A stretch of 64,000 nt of DNA from NCBI GenBank assembly GCA_003222245.1, contig QHVH01000004.1:67441-131440 (forward strand), read 5' to 3'. The translations under genes were made by a program, and so were the position numbers. Under the pieces are notes generated by a model that saw only the letters and a program-made list of their open reading frames with translations, was not told the DNA's origin and did not search any database. This document shows, piece after piece, positions 45,116 through 55,238 of this stretch; positions within the stretch are counted from its first letter, which is position 1; each line of letters opens with the position of its first letter. This DNA is from Blastocatellia bacterium AA13 (GTDB lineage: Bacteria; Acidobacteriota; Blastocatellia; UBA7656).

Positions 45116-46312
45116 ATGAGAGTGCTTCACGTTGTCCCCAGCCTCAACTCCGAATCCGGCGGGCCGGCCAGATCAGTGCCCGGGCTTTGCCGCGCGCTTG
45201 CCCGAGCCGGGGCCGACGTCACACTGTATGCCGCTCATTCAAACAGCGGCGCACTGACAATCGAGCCTGCCGGCGAGCCCTTTCGATGGCGTCTGTTTGG
45301 ATCGCTCGCGGGCAGGCTGGGCGCGGCCGCGAGGATTCGGGATGCCATTCACCGGCGCGCGTACGAGTTCGACATCATTCACATTCACAGCTTGTGGAAT
45401 CCGGTCGCGACGCTGGCTGCGATGGCCGCGCGGGAAAAGTCCATCCCCTATGTTCTGTCGCCGAGAGGTATGTTGAGCCGCCACAGCCTGAGAATATCTT
45501 CCATCAAAAAGCGGGTGTACGGCGCGCTGTTTGAACGGAGCACGGTCGAAGCCGCTGCCGCAATCCATTTCTTGAACGAGCGCGAGCGCGCCGAGTCAGG
45601 TTCGCGCGGGTTTCGCCTGCCGGAAAGCTTTGTCGCGCCCAACGGCGTTCCCGCGGGTCTTGAGGCAATGGACGGCGAACGCTTCCTGGCGAGATTCCCG
45701 GAGCTTCGCGGACGAAGGCGCCTGCTGTTTCTTGGCAGGCTTCACCGCATCAAGGGACTGGAACTGCAGATCGAAGCGCTCAGCAAGCTGGCGCGGCCGC
45801 ATCCGGATCTGGTTTGGATTGCCATTGGTCCCGATGGCGGCGACCTGAAGCGGCTTCAACGCCTGGCCGTAAGCAAGCGGGTCGATGCGAATGTCAAGTG
45901 GCTTGGCGCAATCGACGGCGATTTGAGATATGCGGCGATTGCCGCCGGGGACGTTGTGCTCCAGACCTCCGAATACGAGTGTCACTCGATGGCGGTCAAT
46001 GAAGCGCTTGCGGTTGGCGCCCCTCTGGTTGTGGCCCGCGCGGCGGGCGCCGATTGCGTCGAACAAAGCGGCGCGGGTTTCGCGGTCCCGCCCGATGCGG
46101 ATGCTATCGCGAGGGCCGTTGAAGAGATACTCAACTCTCCAGGCCTTGCAGCCGGAATGCGATTGAACGGCCGCCGCTTCGCGAGAGAGGAACTGAGCTG
46201 GGACGCGATAGGCCAATCGGTTCTGTCTCGATACGAAGAACTCATTCACGTTGCAGTTCCGGCTTTGCCGGAACACCGCGCCCCAGGCGCATCAGTCGCG
46301 CGCGTTTTTTGA
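45116..46312 (+). CDS. glycosyltransferase family 4
   Basis: MRVLHVVPSLNSESGGPARSV..L...LARAGADVTLYA...; the C-terminal half has the GT1 fold (LLFLGRLHRIKGLE....EYECHSMAVNEALAVGAPLVV). Confidence 0.8.
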   Translation: MRVLHVVPSLNSESGGPARSVPGLCRALARAGADVTLYAAHSNSGALTIEPAGEPFRWRLFGSLAGRLGAAARIRDAIHRRAYEFDIIHIHSLWNPVATLAAMAAREKSIPYVLSPRGMLSRHSLRISSIKKRVYGALFERSTVEAAAAIHFLNERERAESGSRGFRLPESFVAPNGVPAGLEAMDGERFLARFPELRGRRRLLFLGRLHRIKGLELQIEALSKLARPHPDLVWIAIGPDGGDLKRLQRLAVSKRVDANVKWLGAIDGDLRYAAIAAGDVVLQTSEYECHSMAVNEALAVGAPLVVARAAGADCVEQSGAGFAVPPDADAIARAVEEILNSPGLAAGMRLNGRRFAREELSWDAIGQSVLSRYEELIHVAVPALPEHRAPGASVARVF

Positions 46313-46325
46313 GGGACAACAGGCA

Positions 46326-48269
46326 ATGTGTGGAATCGCAGGTTTGACCGGCGAGTTTTCTGGATTAGCGGCGGAGTCGGCGATCCGCGCAATGCTGGAC
46401 AGCCAGATTCACCGCGGACCGGATGATGACGGCATGTTTCTGCTCGAGGAGGGCGATGCGGTCATAGGCCTGGGCAGCAGGCGGCTGGCGATCCTCGATG
46501 TCTCGGCGGCAGGCAAGCAGCCGATGGTGAATCCTGACACGGGCGACGCGCTGGTCTTCAACGGCGAGATCTATAACTTCAAGGAGCTGCGCCGCTCGCT
46601 CGAATCTTTCGGATATGCTTTTCGAAGCGGCAGCGATACGGAGGTGATCCTCCGGGGCTATGAGCAATACGGCAGGGAGTTGCTTTCGCGGCTGAGCGGG
46701 ATGTACGCGCTCGCGGTATGGGATCGGCGCGCGAGCTGCTTGCTGCTTGCGCGAGATCATCTTGGAATAAAACCTCTCTACTATTCGCTGATGAAAGGCG
46801 GCGGCCTGATCTTTTCGTCCGAGATTCGCAGTTTGCTTGCGTCATTCATGATCGCTCCCGAGGTGAATCAAAAGGCGGTCGCCGGGTATCTGGCGTACGG
46901 TTCGGTGCAGGAACCTCTGACGATCATCGAAGGCGTTGCTCAGGTTCCAGCCGGCGCGTGGATCGAAGCTGACGCGTCGGGGAGGATAACCGGCAGCGGC
47001 GTGCACTGGTCGATACCGGAGACCGAACCGGGCAACACGTCGATAGCGGCTCTCGCCGAGGAAGGCCGCTGCCTGCTCGAATCCGCGGTCGCTTCACATC
47101 TTGTCAGCGACGTGCCTAGCGGCATTTTTCTGAGTTCAGGGCTGGACTCGACGGCCATCCTCGGGCTCGCGAGAAAGAGATCGCAGGAGGTTCATGCTTT
47201 TACGGTATCGTTTCCGGACGATCCGGATTTCGACGAAAGGTCGATCGCGCTTTCCAGTGCTCGCCGTCTGGGCGCCGTCTATCACGAGTTCCCGATTGAA
47301 TCCCGAGTCGCCCTCGATTGGACAAGAGAGGGCCTCGATCGAATGGATCAACCGACTATGGACGGCCTGAACACTTACATAGTTTCGAGAGCGGTACGCG
47401 AGCAGGGAATCACGGTGGCGCTGTCGGGCCAGGGCGGCGACGAAGTGTTTGGAGGCTACCGTTCATTTCGCGGCGTGCCGCGATGGCGGCGCCGCGCGCA
47501 ATGGATGCAGCCGCTGCCTCAAGCGGTCAAGGGAGCGCTGGCGGCCGCGGCCGCCTCGTATTACGGCCGCGTGGTTCAGAAGAAATTTCACGATCTGGCT
47601 CGCAGCGGCCCCGACCTTTCCGGAATCTACTTCCACTATCGCCGCTTGATGTCGAACGCGGATCTTGAGTCGCTGGGCTTCACCGCGGAAAGCCTGGGTC
47701 TGTCTCCGTCGTTTCACCTCGCGGGCGCGGGCGCCGGAACTTCGTGCATCATTCCGGGCGACGGCGTCGCATCGGTGAGCAGGCTCGAATCCGTCTTTTA
47801 TCTCGGCAACACACTGCTCAGGGACGGCGACGTATTCGGCATGGCGAACTCAGTCGAGATAAGGGTGCCCTTTCTGGACAAGGAACTGGTCGATTGGGCG
47901 TTCAGGATCCCGGGGGACGCCCTGCTGCCCGAAGGCGCGCCGCCGAAGTTCCTCTTGAGGAGGATGTGCGGCGAGTTCTATTCGCCCGAGCAAATCTATC
48001 AGAAGAAGCGCGGCTTTACGTTGCCGCTCTCGAGATGGCTCCTAGGGCCGCTTCGGGGGTTCATGGAAAACTGTCTGGAGTCAGTTAAGGAATCCGGCCT
48101 GGTAGATCCGGAAGGCGTGGACAGGCTTGTCGAAGTTTTTGTCCGAGAGCCGCAAACCGCCGCCTGGTCCCGTGTGTGGTCGCTGGTCGCGCTTGGCCAT
48201 TGGCTGTCGATGCATCTCGCGCGAGCCGCGGCCGGAAGCCCCGCGCAAACCGCGTTGTTAATATCGTGA
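46326..48269 (+). CDS. asnB: asparagine synthetase (glutamine-hydrolysing)-family amidotransferase, AsnB-like
   Basis: The N-terminal nucleophile motif is MCGIAGL. The PP-loop is FLSSGLDSTAI. The length is typical, and it is a common EPS-locus paralogue. Confidence 0.85.
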   Translation: MCGIAGLTGEFSGLAAESAIRAMLDSQIHRGPDDDGMFLLEEGDAVIGLGSRRLAILDVSAAGKQPMVNPDTGDALVFNGEIYNFKELRRSLESFGYAFRSGSDTEVILRGYEQYGRELLSRLSGMYALAVWDRRASCLLLARDHLGIKPLYYSLMKGGGLIFSSEIRSLLASFMIAPEVNQKAVAGYLAYGSVQEPLTIIEGVAQVPAGAWIEADASGRITGSGVHWSIPETEPGNTSIAALAEEGRCLLESAVASHLVSDVPSGIFLSSGLDSTAILGLARKRSQEVHAFTVSFPDDPDFDERSIALSSARRLGAVYHEFPIESRVALDWTREGLDRMDQPTMDGLNTYIVSRAVREQGITVALSGQGGDEVFGGYRSFRGVPRWRRRAQWMQPLPQAVKGALAAAAASYYGRVVQKKFHDLARSGPDLSGIYFHYRRLMSNADLESLGFTAESLGLSPSFHLAGAGAGTSCIIPGDGVASVSRLESVFYLGNTLLRDGDVFGMANSVEIRVPFLDKELVDWAFRIPGDALLPEGAPPKFLLRRMCGEFYSPEQIYQKKRGFTLPLSRWLLGPLRGFMENCLESVKESGLVDPEGVDRLVEVFVREPQTAAWSRVWSLVALGHWLSMHLARAAAGSPAQTALLIS

Positions 48270-49180
48270 AACCAGAAGCAGCTCTCTCAGTGATCATCCT
48301 CGCCTGCAATGAAGCGGCGAAACTGCCCGACTGTCTTGCAAGTCTGCAGGGACTGGATTGCCCGGTTTACGTTGTTGATTCGGGCAGCATCGACCAGACG
48401 GTCAGGATCGCCGAAGAATGGGGAGCGGCGGTATTCGCGCATCCATTCGAGAATTACTCCGCGCAGCGGAACTGGGCTCAAACTAATCTGGGCATAGACA
48501 CCGAATGGATTCTCCACCTGGATGCGGACGAGCGGCTGACGGCGTCGCTTGTGAGCGAGATCCGCGAGGCGATCGGCTCCGCGCCTGAAGAGGTTTCGGG
48601 ATTTCTTCTTCGAAGGCGCACCGTTTTTCTGGGGCGGTGGATCAGGCATGGCGGACACTATCCTTCATACCAGATGAGACTCTTTCGCAAAGGCCGGGGC
48701 AGATGCGAATCACGATTATACGATCAGCACTTCATCGTGACTGGCGCGGTGAAGCGTTTGAAGAACGACTACATCGACATCGTAGCGTCAAGCCTTGAGC
48801 AGTGGACGCTGCGCCATTTGCGATGGGCGCGAGTAGAAGCGCTCGAGATGAGGGGAGTGGAAGCCGGCCGCCCGGGCCGCCTCCGCGCGAAGCTGCTGGG
48901 CGATCCAAGGGAGAGGCGTCGATGGCTGCGTGAACAGGTTTACGCCCGGTCGCCGGTCTATCTGCGCGCTGTTTCCTATTTTCTTTATCGATACGTGATC
49001 CGGCTCGGCTTTCTCGACGGCAGGCAGGGATTTGTTTTCCATCTTCTGCAAGGGCTGTGGTATCGCATCCTGATCGATGCCTATGTCGCCGAAGCCGTAT
49101 CGCCGAAGGCGATCGGCGAGCGCGAATCAGGGGACCGTGACCAGGCCGCGCTCGCCCGTGACTCCGCTGAGTTCTCGTAA
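48266..49180 (+). CDS. glycosyltransferase family 2
   Basis: LSVIILACNEAAKLPDCLASLQGLDCPVYVVDSGSIDQTVRIAEEWGA....LHLDADERL. GTG start overlapping the asnB stop. Confidence 0.7.
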   Translation: MKPEAALSVIILACNEAAKLPDCLASLQGLDCPVYVVDSGSIDQTVRIAEEWGAAVFAHPFENYSAQRNWAQTNLGIDTEWILHLDADERLTASLVSEIREAIGSAPEEVSGFLLRRRTVFLGRWIRHGGHYPSYQMRLFRKGRGRCESRLYDQHFIVTGAVKRLKNDYIDIVASSLEQWTLRHLRWARVEALEMRGVEAGRPGRLRAKLLGDPRERRRWLREQVYARSPVYLRAVSYFLYRYVIRLGFLDGRQGFVFHLLQGLWYRILIDAYVAEAVSPKAIGERESGDRDQAALARDSAEFS

Positions 49181-49220
49181 CCAGATCGATAGCGCCTCTT
49201 AACCGATCATCAATCGCAAT

Positions 49221-51044
49221 ATGCTGATACTTGGAATCAACGCTTTTCATCCCGACGCAGCCGCCGCGATCTATGCGGATGGACAATTGATTGCCGCGGC
49301 TGAAGAAGAGCGGTTCAACCGGATTAAGCACTGGGCCGGCTTCCCCGTTGAGTCAATAAGATATTGCCTGCAAGCCGCCAACGCGGAGATCAAAGAAGTG
49401 GATCACGTGGCCGTTTCACGAAATCCAAGAGCGCGCTTTTTCGACAAGGTGCTGTTCGCGCTGCGGAACCGCCCGCGAATAAGCCTGATTCGCGACCGAC
49501 TGAGGAATGCGGCCCGGATGGGCGACCTCAGGGCGCTGCTTGCCGAAGCGCTTTCGGTAGACCCGGCAGGAATGAAGCAAGCGCAGCATCATATCGAACA
49601 CCACGACGCGCACATGGCGTCAGCGTTCTTTGTTTCACCGTTTGATGAGGCGGCTTGCCTGTCGATCGATGGCTTCGGTGATTTTCTCAGCACGAAGTGG
49701 GGCATTGGGCGCGGTACTACGATCGAGCCTCTGGGCGCGGTCGCGTTTCCTCACTCGCTGGGGATCCTCTACACCGCCGTAACCCAGTATCTCGGGTTTG
49801 CGAGTTTTGGAGATGAGTACAAGGTAATGGGGCTTGCGCCGTACGGCGAACCTGAGTTCGCGGAGACCCTCAGGGCCGTCATTCGGCCTTCGGCGCACGG
49901 GTTTGAGCTCGATCTCAGTTGCTTTCGGCATCACAGCGAAGGCGTTTCCATGACCTGGAACAACTGCGCGCCGGTCCTTGGAGCGGTCTATTCAAACGAG
50001 CTTGTTCGCAGGCTTGGTCCCTCGCGCAAGCCCGGTACGCCCCTCGAATGCAGGCACAGAAACATAGCGGCATCGCTTCAGCACGTGACCGAAGAGATCT
50101 ACCTGACGTTGTTGCGGCGGCTTCAAGCGGCTACCCGTGTGAAGTCGGTTTGCATCGCCGGCGGCGTCGCTTTCAATAGTGTCGCGAACGGAAAAATACT
50201 CCAAGAAACCGGTTTCGACCGTGTCTACATTCAACCCGCGGCAGGCGACGCGGGTACGGCGATCGGCGCGGCGGCGGCCGTGAGGCACACCGCTCTGGGC
50301 TTCCGCCGAGAATTCATGATGAGCCACTCATACTGGGGGCCTGAGTATTCGGCTTTCTCGATCAACTCGGCCCTCGATCGCGCGCGCGGCAAACTTGATG
50401 CGGTCAATACCAGCCGGCAAGGAGTTGATGACGACGATGCCGTTTGCGCATACGCCGCCGAAGCGATCTCATCGGGCCTGGTTGTCGGATGGTTCCAGGG
50501 GCGCATGGAATGGGGTCCGCGAGCGCTCGGCAACCGGAGCATTCTGGCTGATCCGAGAAACCGGGAGATGAAGGACATCCTCAACACGAGGATCAAGAAT
50601 CGCGAGTCGTTCAGACCCTTTTGTCCCTCGGTGATTGCCGAGCGCATGGACGACTACTTCGAAAGCTCCTACCCGGAGCCGTTCATGATCAAGGTGTATA
50701 CCGTGAGGCCGGCCCAACGCGAGGTTATTCCGGCGGTAACCCACGTCGATGGCACGGGGAGGGTTCAAACCGTCAGGCGGGAAGACAACCCGCTGTATTA
50801 CAAACTGCTGGAGAGATTTCACCGGCTAACCGGCGTGCCGGTGCTCCTGAACACTTCTTTCAACGAGAATGAACCGATTGTCAGATCGCCCGAGGAGGCC
50901 ATCGACTGTTTCGCAAGAACCGCCCTTGATGTGTTGATCATCGGGCGGAACATTCTCGCCAAGCCCGCCGCCGCTTCATTCCATGCCGTGAATAAGGCCG
51001 TCACAGCCGCTTTGACGGCCACGCAGCCGGCGGGTTCAAGGTGA
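49221..51044 (+). CDS. carbamoyltransferase (NodU/CmcH family)
   Basis: The N-terminus MLILGINAFHPDAAAAIYADGQLIAAAEEERFNRIKHWAGFP is typical of Carbam_trans_N. The C-terminal Carbam_trans_C block is VTHVDGTGRVQTV.... Confidence 0.8.
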   Translation: MLILGINAFHPDAAAAIYADGQLIAAAEEERFNRIKHWAGFPVESIRYCLQAANAEIKEVDHVAVSRNPRARFFDKVLFALRNRPRISLIRDRLRNAARMGDLRALLAEALSVDPAGMKQAQHHIEHHDAHMASAFFVSPFDEAACLSIDGFGDFLSTKWGIGRGTTIEPLGAVAFPHSLGILYTAVTQYLGFASFGDEYKVMGLAPYGEPEFAETLRAVIRPSAHGFELDLSCFRHHSEGVSMTWNNCAPVLGAVYSNELVRRLGPSRKPGTPLECRHRNIAASLQHVTEEIYLTLLRRLQAATRVKSVCIAGGVAFNSVANGKILQETGFDRVYIQPAAGDAGTAIGAAAAVRHTALGFRREFMMSHSYWGPEYSAFSINSALDRARGKLDAVNTSRQGVDDDDAVCAYAAEAISSGLVVGWFQGRMEWGPRALGNRSILADPRNREMKDILNTRIKNRESFRPFCPSVIAERMDDYFESSYPEPFMIKVYTVRPAQREVIPAVTHVDGTGRVQTVRREDNPLYYKLLERFHRLTGVPVLLNTSFNENEPIVRSPEEAIDCFARTALDVLIIGRNILAKPAAASFHAVNKAVTAALTATQPAGSR

Positions 51045-52294
51045 GAATACTGCTCCTGAATCAGGCGTTTTATCCAGATGTCGTCAGCAGCGCCCAGCAC
51101 CTGGCCGATTTGGCTCGCGGCCTTATTGAAAGAGGCTGCGAGGTTACGGTCGTGTGCGGCGACCGCGGTTACGACGACCGGCGGACGCGGTTTCCCAAGG
51201 ACGAGATCTGGAAGGGCATTTCAATAAAGCGGGTCTCGTCATTCGGCTTTGGAAAGGGCGCAAGATGGCGCCGCGCTTTGGACTTTGGAAGCTTCCTGTT
51301 CCGCGCCGCGCTTAAGCTCACCGCGGCGCCGCGATTCGACGTGGTGATATGCCTGACGTCGCCGCCGTTCATCTCGCTGCTCGGCGTCCTGTTTACCAGG
51401 TTCAGGGGCGGCCGCCTGGTGTTGTGGGTGATGGACTTGAATCCTGATGAGGCCATCGCCGCGGGCTGGCTTAAACCCGAGTCGCTCAGCGCAAAGATTC
51501 TTAAGGCGATAAGCAGGCGAACGTTTCGGTGGTCGGAGAAGGTGATCGTCCTGGATCGATTCATGGAAGAGCGTCTTTTGCGTGACGGTGTCGCCGGCGA
51601 GAAGATCAGGGTCATACCGCCGTGGGCCCAGGACGATTCAGTCCGGTATGACGAGGAGGGCCGGAATCGGTTTCGGCAGGAACATGGATTGGCGGGCAAG
51701 TTCATCGTGATGCATTCGGGCAATCACAGCCCGTGTCATCCGCTGGATACGTTGCTGCAGGCAGCCCGTGAACTGGCTGATGACGCTGGAGTGCATTTCT
51801 GTTTTGTAGGCGGCGGCAGCGAGATGAAAAAAGTAAAAGCCTTTAAGAAAGCGCACAACCTCGAAAACATTTTGTGCCTGCCCTATCAGCCGATGGATTC
51901 ATTGCCGGGCTCGCTTTCATCGGCCGATCTTCACGTTGTCGTCATGGGCGGCGAGTTTGTAGGAATCGTCCACCCCTGCAAGGTGTACAACATTCTGGCG
52001 CTCGGCTTGCCGGTACTGTATATCGGACCGACATCGAGTCACATTGAAGACCTGGCGGCGCGCGACAGCGAATCCAGTCTGTGGCATCGAACCCGGCACG
52101 GCGACGCCTCGTCCGTGGTTAAGGAAATACTGGCGGCCCGGCAAAGCCGGGAGGCTTGCACTCGGCGCGGCTCACACGCTGCTTATTCGAAATCAATCCT
52201 GTTGCCGCGTCTAATCGAGGAAGCGGTCTTCCCGCCGTCGAGCGCCGCGGCCGCTTCACGTTCTCTGGATGCCCCTGCATCGGTTACTCGCTGA
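51041..52294 (+). CDS. glycosyltransferase family 4 (WcaI-like)
   Basis: MRILLLNQAFYPDVVSSAQHLADLARGLIERGCEVTVVCGDRGY. GTG start within a GTGA overlap. Confidence 0.75.
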   Translation: MRILLLNQAFYPDVVSSAQHLADLARGLIERGCEVTVVCGDRGYDDRRTRFPKDEIWKGISIKRVSSFGFGKGARWRRALDFGSFLFRAALKLTAAPRFDVVICLTSPPFISLLGVLFTRFRGGRLVLWVMDLNPDEAIAAGWLKPESLSAKILKAISRRTFRWSEKVIVLDRFMEERLLRDGVAGEKIRVIPPWAQDDSVRYDEEGRNRFRQEHGLAGKFIVMHSGNHSPCHPLDTLLQAARELADDAGVHFCFVGGGSEMKKVKAFKKAHNLENILCLPYQPMDSLPGSLSSADLHVVVMGGEFVGIVHPCKVYNILALGLPVLYIGPTSSHIEDLAARDSESSLWHRTRHGDASSVVKEILAARQSREACTRRGSHAAYSKSILLPRLIEEAVFPPSSAAAASRSLDAPASVTR

Positions 52295-52452
52295 GTTGAA
52301 GTCCGTTTGAGCCAGGCTCTGAATCTTCAAAGTGATTTCGACAAATGCCTGACTCAATCGAGGCATTGCAAACGCTGATCGAGCCGCACGGTGAAGGCCG
52401 CAGGAGAGTTTTTGCGGACCTGAGCTTCGGCTCACGGCGAGGAGGTCGGATT

Positions 52453-53451
52453 ATGTCCGAGCAGGTGAGAGTTCTAGTGACCGGCGCGGGCGGATTTATC
52501 GGGCATCATCTAACGAAATACCTGGCGGACCGCGGTTATTGGGTTAGAGGCGTAGATATCAAGGAGCCGAATTATGAGCCCACGGCCGCCCACGAGTTCC
52601 GGCCGCTCAATCTCCGGTATGAGACAGACTGCCTTCGTGCTACGAAAGGCATTGATGAGGTTTACGCGCTGGCGGCGAACATGGGCGGCATAGGGTTCAT
52701 TGAAAACAACAAGGCGGTCATCTGTCACGACAACAGCCTTATCAATATGAACACCATCGAAGCCGCGCGCTTGAACGGCGTGAAGAGGTTCTTGTTTACC
52801 TCGAGCGCCTGTGTGTATCCGGGCTATTTGCAGAACGAGCCGAACCCGGCGCCGCTGAAAGAGGACGATGTTTATCCCGCCGACCCTGAAGACGGCTACG
52901 GCTGGGAGAAATTGTTTATGGAGCGCGTGTGCCGGCACTACCTGGAAGACTACGGGCTGCCGACGCGAGTCGTCAGGTTTCACAACATCTTCGGCCCCCT
53001 CGGCGCGTTTGAAGGAGGGCGCGAGAAGTCTCCTGCGGCCATATGCAGAAAAGTCGCGCTCGCGCGCGAAGGCGAAGCCATTGAGGTTTGGGGTGACGGA
53101 GAGCAGTCAAGATCGTATTGCTACATCTCCGACTGCATCGAAGGTCTTCATCGCATCATGCGATCCGGCTGGTCCAGCCCGATCAACCTTGGACAGGATC
53201 GATCCGTCACCATCAACGAACTGGTTGATATCGTGGCCGGCATAGCGGGCAAAAGAATAATGAAGCTGTATGACCCGTCCAAGCCGCAAGGCGTCCGCGG
53301 CCGCAACAGCAACAATACCTGTCTGAGACAGGTCCTGGGTTGGGAGCCTTCTACTACGCTCGAAGCAGGGCTCGCAAAGACCTATGAATGGATAGCCGGG
53401 CGATTGAACATATCCAGGGCCTCCGCAATCGGGTCCGCCGCCACGCCCTAA
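52453..53451 (+). CDS. NAD-dependent sugar epimerase/dehydratase (SDR extended family)
   Basis: The Rossmann motif VLVTGAGGFIGHHLTKYL is present, with the catalytic YxxxK context (SSACVYPGYLQNEP...YGWEKLFMERVC). The ORF track's start at 52345 is probably too far 5'. Confidence 0.75.
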   Translation: MSEQVRVLVTGAGGFIGHHLTKYLADRGYWVRGVDIKEPNYEPTAAHEFRPLNLRYETDCLRATKGIDEVYALAANMGGIGFIENNKAVICHDNSLINMNTIEAARLNGVKRFLFTSSACVYPGYLQNEPNPAPLKEDDVYPADPEDGYGWEKLFMERVCRHYLEDYGLPTRVVRFHNIFGPLGAFEGGREKSPAAICRKVALAREGEAIEVWGDGEQSRSYCYISDCIEGLHRIMRSGWSSPINLGQDRSVTINELVDIVAGIAGKRIMKLYDPSKPQGVRGRNSNNTCLRQVLGWEPSTTLEAGLAKTYEWIAGRLNISRASAIGSAATP

Positions 53452-53560
53452 AAACGCATAGTCCCGTCAACCGGTCGAGTGTTTTTACCCGAAGATCACC
53501 GCCTGGCTGAATCGAATCTATTTACGATTCCGCCGGCCCCAGAAACTCCTGAGAGGTTCC

Positions 53561-55105
53561 ATGGCGCTGACGTATGTCACTGCGTTTCTGACCGCGGTTG
53601 TGCTGTCGTTTGTTCTGACGCGCTGCGTCCGCAACATCGCTCTGTCAAGGAACTGGTTTCCCGCGCATCACAAACATCACATTCACGGCGGCCATGTTCC
53701 TCGGCTGGGCGGAGTGTCCATCTTTGTAACCGCCGTCCTGCTGATGGCGGGAGCCGGCGCGGCGGCGAAGTTATTCTCGATCGATCTCGGGTTCAATTTT
53801 GCGGCGGCAGCGGGACTGCTGATTCCGGGCGCGCTGGTCTTTGGCGTGGGTTTGTACGACGATCTTCGGCCGATAAAGCCTGGGACGAAATTCATTGCCC
53901 AGGGCCTGGCCGCGCTGATGCTCCTTGCTGGAGGCTACGGAGCGCCCTCGTTCGGTCTGTTTGGAGCGAAATATTTCCCCTGGCTGTCGGCGCCCGCAAC
54001 TGTTCTGTGGGTCATTCTGATTTCAAACGCATTCAATCTCATCGACGGCCTGGACGGACTAGCGGCTGGGTCCGCGCTGTTCTCAACGGTAGTAGTGCTG
54101 GTGCTCGCGCTGATTACTCACAGTCCGCTCGTATCACTGATGGCGCTGGTGATGGCGGGAGCGATTGCGGGGTTCCTGCGCTTCAACTTCAACCCCGCTA
54201 CGATCTTTCTCGGCGATTGCGGGAGCTTGTTTATCGGATTCATGCTCAGCGCGCTCGCGCTTGCGGGATGTCAGAAGACGCCGACGCTGGTGGCCGTCGC
54301 CATTCCGGTCGTATCTTTCGGATTGCCCATTGCCGAAACGGTGCTATCGGTCCTCCGCCGTTCCTTGAGCGGGCAACCGCTCATGCGGCCTGACCGCAAC
54401 CATATTCATCACAGGCTTCTTGAACGCGGGCTGTCACAGCAGCAGGCGGTCATCACGCTTTACGGTGTGTCCGCCATATGCGCTTTGCTCGCGCTGTTCC
54501 TGCTCTATCCGGGCGGCGGATCGATAGGGATTGTTCTGGTAGTGCTTGGAACCGTGGTCTCATTCGGGGTCAAGGGGCTCCACTATCCCGAGCTTCGCGA
54601 GCTTGGGCGCGCCGCCCAGCGAACGGTTGATAGAAAGAAGACCATCGCTAATAACGTCGCTGTGCGCAGGGCATCCGAGCGGCTGCTGAATGCGCATAAC
54701 TTTTTGGAGATTCGCACCGCGCTGATCGATGGTTTCTCCGTGAATGACTTTGATGGATTCAGCCTTCAGCTCGACAGCCGCGCCCAGCGCTTTGGCCCGG
54801 ATTGCGGTGTCATACGATGGGAGGATACAAGCGAGTGGGCTCATGCGAGCGCTGAGACTCCGACCGCCGAGTGGCGGCTCGTTCTTGATCTGATCGGATC
54901 AGACGGACGGATGCTTGGATACCTCAATCTCTACCGATTCTATTCACACAGCAAACCGGCGCTGGTTGATGTCAATCTCATAACAGCCGAGCTGAGAGGC
55001 TCGCTCACTGAAGCCATCGAACGGCTCCTGAATCAGGATGAGACCGCCGACCTTCGAGTGCCGGCAAAGGCGGACAGGATAGCGAACCCGCTGCTGGCCT
55101 CTTAA
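53561..55105 (+). CDS. initiating phosphoglycosyltransferase, MraY/WecA (GT4) family undecaprenyl-phosphate sugar-1-phosphate transferase, with a roughly 150-aa C-terminal cytoplasmic extension
   Basis: The pattern LYDDLRPIKPGTKFIAQ....NAFNLIDGLDGLAAG....ATIFLGDCGSLFIGF is the characteristic D-D/NxxNxxDGxDGL pattern. It has about 10 transmembrane segments. Confidence 0.8.
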   Translation: MALTYVTAFLTAVVLSFVLTRCVRNIALSRNWFPAHHKHHIHGGHVPRLGGVSIFVTAVLLMAGAGAAAKLFSIDLGFNFAAAAGLLIPGALVFGVGLYDDLRPIKPGTKFIAQGLAALMLLAGGYGAPSFGLFGAKYFPWLSAPATVLWVILISNAFNLIDGLDGLAAGSALFSTVVVLVLALITHSPLVSLMALVMAGAIAGFLRFNFNPATIFLGDCGSLFIGFMLSALALAGCQKTPTLVAVAIPVVSFGLPIAETVLSVLRRSLSGQPLMRPDRNHIHHRLLERGLSQQQAVITLYGVSAICALLALFLLYPGGGSIGIVLVVLGTVVSFGVKGLHYPELRELGRAAQRTVDRKKTIANNVAVRRASERLLNAHNFLEIRTALIDGFSVNDFDGFSLQLDSRAQRFGPDCGVIRWEDTSEWAHASAETPTAEWRLVLDLIGSDGRMLGYLNLYRFYSHSKPALVDVNLITAELRGSLTEAIERLLNQDETADLRVPAKADRIANPLLAS

Positions 55106-55238
55106 TGGACCATAGATCAACAGAAGGCTCTTCATCAGAGTGAAGCCGAGTAAAGAAGCCGCGTAAAGCTGAGCTTGAGCTGTGCAGCCTCCCGATGCGA
55201 GGCGCGCTTGTTCCAACCGAGGAAAAAGAGGTGTGGTT

